Shown here: positions 12,121 to 24,961 of the stretch, one piece after another
Position numbering within the stretch: the first letter of the stretch is position 1
Layout: every line of letters begins with the position of its first letter
Source of the DNA: Octopus sinensis
Lineage: Eukaryota
Assembly: GCF_006345805.1 (NCBI RefSeq)
Contig: NC_043015.1
Location: forward strand, 44,888,001-44,952,000
DNA length: 64,000 nt
Direction: 5' to 3'
The notes under the pieces: generated by a model
The model's database searches: none
Told to the model about the DNA's origin: nothing
The model's input: only the letters and a program-made list of their open reading frames with translations
Position numbers and translations under genes: made by a program

Positions 12121-12582
12121 ATATATAATAACAAAGGGTAAAATTAATTAATTAAGAAGTAATCAATAATTTCACCAAGTAGAATTCGGCATGAAAAAGG
12201 ACCATTTCACGGTAAACTTAAGTAATACTTTAAAATTAGGGTTCAGCAAAGATTTGCTTTACCACACACCGAAGTTCCCTTTTTAAAGTAGAGGAAATAG
12301 CTAGGGTTTTTTTGGCTGCTATTTCTGAACTTCGGTGTGTGGTAAAGCAAATCTTTGCTGAACCCTAATTATAAAGTATATATATATATATATAAGAGAT
12401 ATATATATATATATATATATATATGCATGGCTGTGTAGTAAGAAGCTTGCTGTGAATTTGAGCTTGAGATCATACTGGTTTGATGAGCCTATTCTGCCGC
12501 ATTGAGTCAATATGGCTAGGTAGAAAGGTGCAATTTTTTTTTATATATATATACTTTTTTTTATATAGGCTTACAAAGAATA

Positions 12583-12995
12583 GGCGCAGGAGTGGCTGTG
12601 TGGTAAGTAGCTTGCTAACCAACCACATGGTTCCGGGTTCAGTCCCAGTGTGTGGCATCTTGGGCAAGTGTCTTTTGCTATAGCCTTGGGCCGACCAAAG
12701 CCTTGTGAGTGGATTTGGTAGATGGAAACTGAAAGAAGCCTGTCGTATATATGTATTATATATATGTATGTGTGTGTATATGTTTGTGTGTCTGTGTTTG
12801 TCCCTCTAGCATTGCTTAACAACCGATGCTAGTGTGTTTACGTCCCCGTCACTTAGCGGTTCAGCAAAAGAGACCGATAGAATAAGTACTGGGCTTACAA
12901 AGAATAAGTCCCGGGGTCGATTTGCTCGACTAAAGGCGGTGCTCAAGCATGGCCACAGTCAAATGACTGAAACAAGTAAAAGAGTAAAAAGAGTA
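12583..12995 (+). mobile_element. tRNA-derived SINE family B (internal TA/TG microsatellite, (AAAAGAGT)n tail)
   Basis: GCGCAGGAGTGGCTGTGTGGTAAG head, GGTTCAGTCCC B-box, ...CATGGCCACAGTCAAATGACTGAAACAAGTAAAAGAGT tail. Confidence 0.9.
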
Positions 12996-14134
12996 TACTT
13001 ACCCAGGAGTAGTTGAGTACTCAACTGGTACTTATTTTATCGATCCCAAAAGGATTAGGTACAGTTGACCTCAGTGGAATTTGAACCGAGAATATAAAGA
13101 TGGACAAAATACCACAAAAGTCTCTTTCTCTCTTCCTTTTTCTTTGGAAGAAAACAGAGATGTAATGGCTTTGCCAGATTTAAAATACCAAAACAATTTG
13201 AATTAAATTAGATTTGTGTTGATTGTCAGTTGTGTTTGCATGTTTGAACTGCCAAGCTGTCTTGTATTTAGTTTTTGTTGTTGTTGTTGTTGTTTTAATG
13301 TCTTTGAGAAGGAAGGGAAACACAATGGCCGGGTCCTTTTCATGGCTTTAGAACATGGTGAGAGGAAATTGGTTTTCAGTCATTGTGGTAAAGATGCTGT
13401 AGTGATCATACAGCATGTCATCACAATACCCCTATGAATCCATGACTTGTTGAGGTCTCAAGGAAAGAAGGAATCCTCATTATCATCATCGTTATCATCA
13501 TCACTTTGTCTGCTTTCCATGCTGGCATGGGTTGGATAGTTTGACAGGTGCTCTCCAAGCCAGAAAACTGTGTCAGGCTCTTCTACCTGCTTTCACATGG
13601 TTTCTATTGCTGGATGCCCTTTTTAATGCAAACTACTTTACAGTGTCCTGGATGCATTTTATGTAGCACCAACACCATTGAGGTTACCAAATAACTTACA
13701 AGACAAGATCACTCAACCAAGCAAGGAATAAATACCAAGGGAGGTAACTTTATGCAGGGTGGTGAAATGTTTAGAGTATGACAGAGAGACTAAAACAGGT
13801 GTCTTACAGTATAGGAGATACATGGTTACCTGAACTGGAAAAAGGATTTTAATTTATTCTGATCATAGTTCATTAATTACATGTAATTTTTTAACTGTTG
13901 CCTATTACCTCATGATTGTTAATTTCTATGTAAGTGGCTGTGTGGTAAGTAGCTTGCTTACCAACCACATGGTTCTGGGTTCAGTCCCACTGCGTGGCAC
14001 CTTGGGCGAGTGTCTTCTACTTATAGCCTCGGGCTGACCCAAAGCCTTGTGACTGGATTTGGTAGACGGAAACTGAAAGAAGCCCGTCGTATATATGTAT
14101 ATGTATATATGTGTGTGCATGTGTTTGTGTGTCA

Positions 14135-14460
14135 CGACACAGACCATGGTATTGCACCTAGAAAGTTACCTTCCCAGGCACAAGTCCAGGCAAGGTTGTT
14201 TTATGGAAGACCAGCAGTCGCCCATGCATACCAGCCTCCCCTCTCCACACCACTGATGTTATCCAAGGGAAAGGCAACGGCCGATACAGCTTGGCACCGT
14301 TGATGTCGCAACTCATTTCTACAGCTGAGTGAACTGGACCAACATGAAATAAAGTGTCTTGCTCAAGAACACAACACGCAGCCCGGTCTAGGATTCGAGC
14401 TCACAACCTCACGATCATAAGCTTGACGCTCTAACCACTAAGCCATGCGCCTTCACAGTT
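14135..14460 (-). mobile_element. tRNA-derived SINE family E, flanked by SINE B fragments
   Basis: Minus-strand head GGCGCATGGCTTAGTGGTTAGAG...CTCGAATCC; SINE B 5' half at 13932-14135 (+) and 3' end at ~14470-14610 (-). Confidence 0.75.
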
Positions 14461-14945
14461 ATAAACTCTTTAAAACTCTTTTACTTGTTTCAGTCATTTG
14501 ACTGCGGCCATGCTGGAGCACCGCCTTTAATCGAGCAACTCGACCCTGGGACTTATTCTTTTGTAAGCCCAGTACTTATTCTATCGGTCTCTTTTGCCGA
14601 ACCGCTATGACTATATTTCTCTATTAACATTGTTCTTCATTGCTTTTTCCATCTTGAAAATATCAACTTACTTCTCTTCAACAGCTTACTTCCTCATTCA
14701 ACTTCAAATCCTATCTATCAAATATTATTTTTTAACTTAAACCATATTTTATATTCCAGAAACATACATTGATTGTTATCAAAATATTTCCAGCTCCAAT
14801 TCACTAGAATCTTTTTAAAAATAAATCCTTAGCATCCGTCTTTTTCTTTTTACTAAATTCTAAATCCTACTTTCACATGGCATGGGGAACATATTGACGA
14901 ATTCAGTTTTAACCCTTTAGTGTTCAGATTATTCTGCCAAATTCA

Positions 14946-14946
<1 letters not shown>

Positions 14947-14977
<31 letters not shown>

Positions 14978-15365
14978 TTAACATCCGCTTTCCATGCTAG
15001 CATGGGTTGGACGATTTGACTGAGGACTGGCGAACCAGATGGCTGCTGCACCAGGCTCCAATCTTGATCTAGCAGAGTTTCTACGGCTGGATGCTCTTCC
15101 TAACGCTAACCACTCCAAGAGTGTAGTGGGTGCTTTTACATGCCACCAGCACAGGGGCCAATCAGGCGGTACTGGCAATGACCTTGCTCGAATGTTTTTT
15201 CACGTGCCACCAGCACAAGTGCCAGTAAGGCAACGCTGGTAACGATTACGTTCAAATGGTGCCTTTTACATGCCACCAGCACAGAAGACAGTTAGTCACT
15301 CTGGCAACAATCATGCTCGGATGGTGCTCTTAGCGTCCCACTAGCACAGATGCCAGTCATCGAAT
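14947..15365 (-). mobile_element. Retroposon with (ATG)n tail, same family as 187-456
   Basis: Shared sequence next to the (CAT)n tract. Confidence 0.65.
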
Positions 15366-15404
15366 TTGATTTCGATTTCAAATTGTTTTTAATTAATCAT
15401 ATAT

Positions 15405-15580
15405 TTCTTATTTCTTTATTGCACACAAGGGTCTAAAAGTAGAGGGGACAAACAAGGACAGACAATGGGATCAAGTCGATTATATCGACCCCAGTACGTA
15501 ACTGGTAATTATTTAATCAACCACGAAAGGATGAAAGCCAAAGTCGACCTTGGCAGAATTTGAACTCAAAACGTAACAGC
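15405..15580 (-). mobile_element. SINE family A, 5'-truncated
   Basis: Reverse complement of the family A body. Confidence 0.8.
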
Positions 15581-16206
15581 CGTGCCATCCCACCCGTGAT
15601 ATCTTCTATGGTATTATTTTTGTAGTAGGTTGACTGAAATTAACCAAAAATATAGACTTGCCGATGTTGACAGTAGGAAATCATTATCATTTCTGATTTC
15701 TTAATAAAAACATGGCAGGGTGATTTAGGCTGCATAATAGACCCGGCAATTACGTAAGATATTGTAGTCTAATCAACCTGCAGGTTATACTTGGGCAGAT
15801 ATGTCCTTGGTTGCTATGCTTTCCTTTGTCTCTGGTCATAAAAGAGTACAGATGTTGTCTAAATCATCCATTGAAGATGTTAATGGTAAGCCTTTAAAAA
15901 TTTGAGATATTATCTGGTGATGTGAATGTACCTATATATACAAGGACAGTGGGCAACTGGCTCAATCTAGTTAATTATAGGTAGATTGTTGGGATGTGGG
16001 TAGAGCAGAATCTTATTTTCTTTGTTGTTTGTAACTGTGGAATCGATGTTATCTTGGCAAGAATAACTCACCTTAATATTATGAACATTAAATATATCTA
16101 TGTTTAATCAGAAAAAGACACCTAAATATCACAAACTGTCCGATGCAAATGCACATATATATGTGTGTGCACCTGAGTATCTGTGTGTGTGTTCGTGCAT
16201 GCGTTT

Positions 16207-16242
<36 letters not shown>

Positions 16243-17067
16243 ACATATCAATATATACATATATACAAATACATGAATGTATATGTGTGTTTCTATGTAT
16301 ATCGATAGATTGTGGATATGTGGTAAGGAGTTTCCTTCTCAACCGCATAATTTCGCTGCGTAGCACCCTGGGAAAAAGTGACCGATAGAATGAGTACCAG
16401 GCTTAACAAAAATACACTTAGGTTACTTCATTATATAATATCTAGGCTTAGAAAAAACTACTGGAGTCGGTTTATTCGATTAAACTATACAAGGCGGAGC
16501 TCCAGCATGGCCACAGTCTAATGAGTGAAACAAGAACAAACATAAAGAATATAAATAAATATGCATGCATACATACACACATACATACATACATACATAC
16601 ATACATACACACATACATACATATGCGTGTATGTGTGTATACACACACACAGATATTTGTACACATTTGTGTACACATATATATGTACATACACATAGGT
16701 AGGTAGGTAGGTAGTAGCTGAGTATCCTATCCTTACCGGGTAATTTTCACAGTGGATGAAGATTTTTCAAATTTTTTCCACTACATCCTTGCAAATGATG
16801 CGGGGTGGGAGAGCTTTCAATGAAAAAAATTTGAAAATCTATGATTCCCTTCTCCCCATTTCAGGACCGCTTGTCCTTTTTTTTTTTTTTTTGCCTCTAC
16901 CCACTTATAAAGAATGGAAGCGCCTTTTCGGTATGAAATAAAAAAGTAATTTTAATTTGTGGATTTTATTCAAATCGCCCTCCCCCACTCAGTACCAATT
17001 TGGGCCTTTTATCTTTCTTTCTTTTTTTATATTTATCTATTTATTATTATCATTATTATTATTATTA

Positions 17068-17102
<35 letters not shown>

Positions 17103-17369
17103 TTAACTATGCACTTAAAAACGATGACAGAAGCCTTGAAGGTTAAAGAAATATTTTTGTAAGTGTCGATCACCATTGCAATATCCATTTCCTTTATTTT
17201 CAAACAAAAAAAATGAAACATAATTTAAAAACAATAGTGAAATGTTTAGTCTTTTCATTAACCCTACCCTTCCAAAAATCCTAAAATTTTAGCTTTTTTT
17301 TTTACTTTTCCAAAATAGTTTTAATAACAGTTTTAAAATACGAATAGTCCAAATCTGCAATTTGTTTCA

Positions 17370-17812
17370 GGTGCAGGAGTGGTTATGTGGTAAGTAGCTT
17401 GCTAACCGACCACATGGTTCCGGGTTCAGTCCCACTGCGTGGCATCTTGGGCAAGTGCCTTCTGCTATAGCCTCGGGCCAACCAAAGCCTTCTGAGTGGA
17501 TTTGGTAGACAGAAACTGAAAGAAGCCTGTCGTATATATGTATATATATATATATATGTATGTGTATATATATGTTTGTGTGTCTGTGTTTGTCCCTCTA
17601 GCATTGCTTGACAACCGATGCTGGTGTGTTTACGTCCCCGTCACTTAGTGGTTCGGCAAAAGAGACCGATAGAATAAGTACTGGGCTTACAAAGAATAGG
17701 GGTTGATTTGCTCGACTAAAGGCAGTCCCGGGGTTGATTTGCTCGACTAAAGGCAGTGCTCCAGCATGGCCGCAGTCAAATGACTGAAACAAGTAAAAGA
17801 GTAAAGAGTATA
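17370..17812 (+). mobile_element. SINE family B with a small internal duplication
   Basis: Full head to tail; GGGGTTGATTTGCTCGACTAAAGGCAGT duplicated at ~17699-17757. Confidence 0.9.
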
Positions 17813-18999
17813 TAATTTGAAAATAATTATCAGATAAAATGTAATTTAAGGGCTGTTTAGCTGTTGTTTCTAGCACATCCCACAACCACCTGCTATCTTT
17901 TTACTCATTTCTTTGTCTGTCTGTCTGGCACGTATTGATGTTTTTCAATATTTTTCTCCCCACAGACACAATTTCTGGAATGACGATGCGGTGGTTCATT
18001 GCTTGTATGTAAGCAACAACAACAAGACCCAAAAATGTGTAATTTGAAGTTTTGATCCTCCACCCTGCATCAAGCGAGTACGTGTGTGTATGTGTGTGCG
18101 TGCGCGCGCACGAAGAAACATAGTTGCTGACAGAAAGATATGCTGTTAAAATAAATTATCATTTACATACCTTTCTAAAATTACTGTGATTCCTTACACA
18201 CATGCCTTACACACTCACTGACAAACAGAGAGAAAGTGTGGTAAAAATATATTGAGAGGGAGAAGTTTATCATGAGAAAAACGAAAAATGAAAGAGAGAG
18301 AGACAGACGGACGGACAGATAGACAGACACAGATAGACAGACACAGACAGGCAGACAGATCTTTTTTTATTGCTATCACAGATGCTGAAATTTTAAAATT
18401 AGGTGAAAGATTTCAAATTTGATATATTGATGCACTTTTTCACGCTGAATCCGTGTTTGTAATTCACTTTTTCCAGAAAAATTATAAGATGAGATTTTAA
18501 ACAAACCGAAAGCAAATCGCGAGAGCTGGTACATACACGTGGTAAATATAAACAGCGATACAATGGTGGTGAAAGATAAAAAGCAGGAGAGTTGTCAATC
18601 TGAAAGTTATTAATCATAAGAAATTAGATTTTTGTATTGTTATTTATAGGCGACCTTTTCTTTGGGACGCAGATTTCGAAGATCAAATTCGTTTTTCTTG
18701 AGGATGTATCGCTTCCGAGCCTTTGGAGGCTAAACACACATACATAACTGCATACACTCGCATTTATATATATATATATATATATATTGATAAGTATCCG
18801 GAGTGTTGCTATAATCGTTTCTACTCTAGGCACAAGGCCCGAAATTTTGGGGGAGGGGGAGCAGTCGATTAGATCAACCCCAGTACACAGCTGGTACTTA
18901 ATTTATCGACCTCGGCGGAATTTGAACTCAGAGCGTAAAGACAGACGAAATACCGCTAAGGACTGTCGCTATAATAACGATGCTAAAGCACAGAGTGAA

Positions 19000-19620
19000 G
19001 CCGCTTGGCACAGATTGACCGTGAACTCTGCATTGCAAATGCACTAAGTTTTAACATTCTAACCCACTTCCGCTGTTTACAGCAGTGCTTGGAAGGAAGG
19101 TGTGTAGCGTGTGATCGTCGCATTGACTATGACAAAGAAAGTTGAGTAGAGAATCTGCAGCAAATTTTGCCAAAAGCTTGGCGATGCCTGCTCAGAGGCC
19201 TATGCAAAGTTTTCAAAAAGTTTTCATCGTTCTCGACACAATCAAGGAGATCTTGTGCAACTGAAACCCGAGTGTCTTTTTGGTCAGCTGAAAGCAGTTT
19301 TGGCACAAACTTGGCAGACAATCATCTCATACCCAAATCTTCAGTGATAATGAACTGAACTGAACCGTAACTAATCTGCACATCCTCTGATAACTCACAG
19401 ATGGTAATTCAACGACTTCCCCTCACAGCTGCATGCACATCTGCGATGTTTTTCTCAGTTCTGCCGGTTGCAGGTCTCCCAGAACGTTCGTCAATATCGA
19501 CATTTTTTTCGGCCATCTTGAAAACGTCTGAACCACTCGTACACTTGGGTGCATCTCATATACCCCTCTCCATACACTTCCTGCAACTTTGCAAAGGTCT
19601 CTGAGCAGGTATTGCCATGA
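19000..19620. mobile_element. Mariner transposase 5' fragments in convergent orientation
   Basis: Plus strand from ~19130 reads MTKKVE*RICSKFCQKLGDACSEAYAK; minus strand from 19617 reads GNTCSETFAKLQEVYG..VYEWFRRFQDGR..ERSGRP..SAKFVPKLLSADQK..ENFLK (HTH and linker). Confidence 0.8.
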
Positions 19621-19656
19621 CAACTTTCTCTATATACGACAAGCTATATACGATAA

Positions 19657-19887
19657 GGTGGCGAGCTGGCAGAAACGTTAGCACGCCGGGCGAAATGCGA
19701 AGCCGTATTTCGTCTGTCTTTATGTTCTGAGTTCAAATTCCGCCGAGGTCGACTTTGCCTTTCATCCTTTCGGGGTCGATAAATAAAGTATCAGTTACGC
19801 ACTGGGGTCGATGTGATCGACTTAATCCGTTTGTCTGTCCTTGTTTGTCCCCTCTATGTTTAGCCCCTTGTGGGTAATAAAGAAATA
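19657..19887 (+). mobile_element. SINE family A, full-length monomer
   Basis: GGCGAGCTGGCAGAAACGTTAGCACGCCGGGCG head through AAAGAAATAG tail; approximate TSD ATATACGA(T/C)AAG. Confidence 0.9.
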
Positions 19888-20708
19888 GATATACGACAAG
19901 CTTCCACACACTTTCCGTCTACCAAATTCGTTTACAAAGCATTGGTCCTCCCGTATAGTTAATACGATTGGTTAAAATTCGCAGATTTAATCTACGTTTA
20001 AAGTCATAAAATAGATTTTTCTCAAATAAACAAGTTGGAACTAGTGTTTTCTTTTGAGACACTCTACCAGTATACGAAGTTTCAAATTATTTAGTTAACT
20101 AGAAAAATCTGCCCTCAGGCTACGAAAGTGAAAAGATCCGAAGATACTTTCCCCATGTGCTAGGACTGAAACCAAAACTTCATAGTTGCACAGCGAACTT
20201 CTTAACCACACAGCCATGTATATATATATATAAGGAAATACTCAAAAATTATTATTACAGACGGAACGAACTTCTATACTGGAGCCGGAAATTACGTAGA
20301 TTAATACAAGCGGTAATCGGCTCGCTTATACACGGTCGTCAGACGTTCAGTAACTTTTCACTAAGTATTTCCTCACATCCCTACACATAAACAGAATTGC
20401 CATTGTTTCCCTGTTTTTCTTTGTTTTGTTTTTTCAATCCTGATAGGTTGCGTGAAGATGCTACATTCCTTGTCAGATAAAAAAGCTGCATCTCTGATTC
20501 ATTTGAATATTTTCTCCATAATCTCTATATCGTTCATTTCTGTATTATTTGGCAGATAATGATCTTTACTTTGTAGACAATCGCATTTCTGAGACGTTTG
20601 CCATTTAAGTGGGCTGGAACTGATGCTGCCGCAAATATCTTTTAGTGTAATACTCTTGGTAATACCGAACATAATGCATATATGTATGTGCGAGTATGTG
20701 TGTATACA

Positions 20709-20751
<43 letters not shown>

Positions 20752-20951
20752 AGATAATAGTGTCATTGAATCCTAAAGGTGTCAGGTAATGCTGAATAAG
20801 TGCTATAGACAGACCATAGTTAAGTTGCGAATAAAGAGTTCAACTTTGGTTCTATGTCAGCGTGTGTATATAAGAATTTTTTGCGTAATAAGATTTTTAA
20901 AAAATGCTGTATAGATATTAGAGCATTTATAGATAGAAGGTCTTACAGATA

Positions 20952-21011
20952 GAAGGTCTCTGATAAAGAGATATTATTAATTAATATCCTAGAAACAGCT
21001 GTAAGACCTTC
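20952..21011 (+). ncRNA. PLE-type minimal hammerhead motif (variant core)
   Basis: Stem I GAAGGTCT/AGACCTTC (8 bp), CTGATAA core (G8A), GATATTA/TAATATC stem II, GAAAC-AGCT-GTA with palindromic stem III. Confidence 0.65.
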
Positions 21012-21073
21012 TATCTATAAATGCTCTAATATCTATACAGCCTTGGTTTTTATCTTATTACGCAAAAAATTCT

Positions 21074-21105
<32 letters not shown>

Positions 21106-21106
21106 A

Positions 21107-21139
<33 letters not shown>

Positions 21140-21194
21140 AGCTATACATACATACATACATACATACATACATACATACATACATACATACAAA

Positions 21195-21480
21195 CTAGGT
21201 GCATTCCAGAAAGTCTGAGACTTTTTTTTAGGAGAGGAAAGTTATAATTGTCCTAAATTATAGTAATTTTAGTATATCATTACAATACATATAAGCTGAA
21301 TTGCCAACTATTTTACGACAGATTGAAGGAGATGGTTATGAAAGCACTTTGAACATACTCTGCTGCACACGGCTTGTCACGGCTGACTAGTTTAGAGAAT
21401 GCAGTCGAGACGAAAAGACAATTTGGAAGCGCACTATGCGATAAAGTTCATTGTTAAACTGGGCAAAAACGCAACAGTGT
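21195..21480 (+). mobile_element. Mariner 5' end fragment
   Basis: Encodes MQSRRKDNLEAHYAIKFIVKLGKNAT, a mariner-type N-terminus. Confidence 0.55.
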
Positions 21481-21626
21481 GTTAGTTACTCCGCAACGGA
21501 AACCAAAAGCTTCCTCTGTCTCAGCGTTGAAACAGCTAAGGTCCCTGCTGTCCTCGAAAGTCTGTATCTCCCCTGCTTTTGTTCGCCATCAGATATTCTG
21601 GAGTTCATGGAGCCTACACTGGTATT

Positions 21627-21855
21627 GCGAGCTGGCAGAAACGTTAGCACGCCGGGCGAAATGCTTAGCGGTATTTCGTCTGCCGTTACGTTGTGAGTTA
21701 AAATTCCGCCGAGGTCGACTTTGCCTTTCATCCTTTCGGGGTCGATAAATTAAGTACCAGTTACGCACTGGGGTCGATGTAATCGACTTAATACCTATGT
21801 CTGTCCTTGTCTGTCCCCTCTGTGTTTAGCCCCTTGTGGGTAATAAAGAAATAGG
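21627..21855 (+). mobile_element. SINE family A, monomer
   Basis: Matches 19657-19887. Confidence 0.9.
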
Positions 21856-21859
21856 TATT

Positions 21860-23240
21860 GCTGTTTAACCTACCGGAAGCGTCGCAAACAGGTGCGCGTT
21901 GGGAATTCTCCCATGCCAGACGAATTGCTCTCTTCAGGTCGATCAACTTGGTAATTTGGTCATCATTTTGGTGAACGTGTTTTTAATCGCCAATTATTTC
22001 TTCAGCAGCTTTGGTGATCGTTCGGCGTAGAAGGGACTATGTTTCCACACTGTCCAACTGGAGTGATGGGGTACTTCTTGTAGAAGTTTCGTGAGACGAG
22101 ATGAATAATCCCTCTCGACTGTGTAGGTCTTCAATTTCAAAATATCAAAGCGCCGTAGTCTCTTTGCAGATTTTTGGGGGTAGGGAAGATTTCGCAACCA
22201 GAGTCAGAGCCCGAACCGGAAATTAGTAATCGATGATCCGTCCAAAGTCATCTGCTCCGGGGAGGCTTCAGGTCACGATCAGGCCGCTCCTGTCCTATAA
22301 TCTGGTGAGGACGTCGCTCAGGATGTGCCAGTGCTTAGATCCCGGATCCCTCCACGTGGTCTTGTGATGGTTAGGAAGGCGGAAGAGGGTGTTAGTAATT
22401 AATAGCTCATTCTCAACGCATAAGCCAAGGAGAAGCAGTCCGTTCTAGTTGCAGCTTACCACACCTGCTTTCCCAGAATTCCCGTCCAGAGGTCATTAGC
22501 TCGGCCGACTCTGGCGTTCAAACCTCCCAATACGAGAAGTTTGTCTTTTCTTGGCACGACTTGGATGGTCCTGTTGAGATCGGAATAGAGAGAATCCTTT
22601 ATCTCATCACTAGAATCAAGGGCAGGAGTGTAAGCTGACACCAATGTAAGGTGATTGTTATTGAAAAAGGGAAGGCGGAAGGACATACGCCGTTCATTGA
22701 TAGAAGTGGGAGCCAGATTGTGTCTGTTCACTAAGGAAGTCTTCATCGCCAATGGCCGCGGTAAGCCAATCAGGGAAAAAAATGGTGTCCGGTATTTATC
22801 CCACCTTTTCTAGGGACTTTCCCGCATGGGTTGGGCTGCGGTGATCCTGACTAGGCCAGCCCAGTCGCATCGTGTATGTGTTTTCGGGCTAGGTGTTTCT
22901 AGCTGACTAAGTCGGGCCTGCTCCGTCGCCCAGTTATCATTGCTACTGGACCTAGGGAAAGGAGAGGAGAAGCTCGTTGTTCAAGCCACAGAACGGTTTT
23001 GTATGAGTTTGTTTAAGATGGACTGTGTTGCAATCACAACGCCCACGCACTTGACCACCCGCCTTCCCCAGCTGTACCATTGGGATTGGTGACACGCTGG
23101 ATCTGGTTAGGATGGTTGCAACGGGCTGCCGGATGTCTCAGATATAATTAAGATCCGCCTTGTTTGCGCCTTGTTCGCATGGCAGCAGAGGTTTTATATC
23201 GGAGTTTCCCTCTCCTAGACCAGAGGGCCTCAACCAATTT
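21860..23240 (-). mobile_element. RTE-clade LINE fragment: 5' UTR plus APE endonuclease and linker, degraded
   Basis: INERRMSFRLP..LVSAYTP..YSDL..LLVLGGLNARVG (APE domain) at 22456-22752; RTE-like 5' UTR motif GGTCTAGGAGAGGGAAACTCCGATATAAAACC at ~23190-23225. Confidence 0.85.
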
Positions 23241-23383
23241 TTATCTGTGGACTCCTTTGATTATTATTTGCTTCTCGTGGACTCTCATAACTATTCGATG
23301 TTTAAAAACTTGTTTTACAGAAACTTCTTTCAAAATTCCTATTGCATTTTTCAGATATTAACTTGTGTAGGTTGAACTATGTA

Positions 23384-23950
23384 TAGGGTTGTCCGGAAAG
23401 TTCGTGCCGATTTATAGTAGCTTACCTTTCGACTTATTTTAGAACATTGTTGAGTCCATAAGATAGGATTTGACTAAACCTCCATTTAGAGTACAGTTTA
23501 AGCTATCTTTTCGTGGAAGAAGGTTTATGTTCCTATAACCTGTATTAATTCTGTAACCCTTTAAAAATGGAAGATAAGAATGTTCATTTTTGGCACTTGA
23601 TGCTTTGGGAACCAGATAAAAATTGCTGCTGCTCGGCTGGGATGTGTTACCCCACCCTCCATATTCACCAGATATTGCTCCTTCGGATTTCCACTTATTC
23701 AGGTCTCTGCAAAATAGTCTTAATGGTAAAAATTTCACTTCCTTGGATGACGTAAAAAGATACCTTGATGAATTGTTTGCCATGAAACCACCTCAATTCA
23801 GGGAAGAGGGTATTTTCAAGTTAAAGGAAAGATGGAGATGCATTGTGCAACAAAATGGTTCATATTTGGTTGATTAAAAATTTAATGGCAAGTATTTATT
23901 GACCATTTTCTTTCGTTTAAAAATCGGCACGAACTTTCCGGACAACCTAA
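23384..23950 (+). mobile_element. Complete internally deleted mariner derivative (567 bp)
   Basis: ~30-bp TIRs (T(A/T)(A/G)GGTTGTCCGGAAAGTTCGTGCCGATTT), TA on both sides, transposase N- and C-terminal remnants ending NGSYLVD*. Confidence 0.93.
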
Positions 23951-24567
23951 TAAAATGTTAGAGAAAGAAACCTAGCTGTTTCTTGTAACACTTGCCAATA
24001 CATACTTTTAAAGCAATTTTTTATTCAGGGGCTTTTAAAATACTATTGTCGATCCCCAATTTACTGTTTTGTGGCGTAGACCCCCCAAAATTCATTACGG
24101 TTGGGGTTAGGTGGATAGGTAGGTAGGTAGGTAGGTAGGTAGGTAGGTAGGGAGGGAGGAAGGTAGGTAGGTGGTTGAATGCTTGCGCATGGGATGGTTG
24201 TGGGTGTGTGTTTATTGTGAGAGAAGTAAAGAAATTCAGAGTTAATGGAAAAGTCTCCGTATCTTCTAACCATCATCACTATCCCAAACTCAACCGCAAT
24301 CACAACACCCGTCGGCACCACTGTCGCCATCACCACCACCACCACCACCCCCAACAAGTTCGTCATCAATTATCACTGCCATCGCTATTACCCTCACCAT
24401 CGGCTTGTAATACAAAAACAACAAAAAAATAAAGAAGAGAAGAAAAGAAACGAAAAAAAAAACGTCTAGCAATTGTGACCTAGTTTTTCTTTTTTCTAGG
24501 CATTGTGATAGCAAGCATCCACAATAGGGCAACTACAAACATAATCAGTAGTTTGCAATAATAAGCA

Positions 24568-24568
<1 letters not shown>

Positions 24569-24629
<61 letters not shown>

Positions 24630-24632
24630 CGA

Positions 24633-24677
<45 letters not shown>

Positions 24678-24735
24678 TGATGAAGATGACGATGATGATA
24701 ATGATGATGATGATGAGGATGATGATAATAATAAC

Positions 24736-24786
<51 letters not shown>

Positions 24787-24839
24787 AATAATAATTGAAT
24801 GTGACACTTCATTAGAACATATATGTGTGTGTGTGTGTG

Positions 24840-24889
<50 letters not shown>

Positions 24890-24890
24890 G

Positions 24891-24960
<70 letters not shown>
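24569..24960. repeat. Compound (GAT)(GAC)(AAT)(TG)(TA)(GA)(GATA) microsatellite
   Basis: Directly visible. Confidence 0.97.

Positions 24961-24961
<1 letters not shown>

Noticed and set aside
15590-16090. Possible decayed PLE coding fragment; similar weak LINE-like traces at 49740-50140 and 60960-61330
   Set aside because: Only scattered residues match by eye; needs a translated profile search.
23160-23240. HDV-like ribozyme at the RTE 5' end
   Set aside because: The extreme 5' end appears missing and no nested double pseudoknot could be built.
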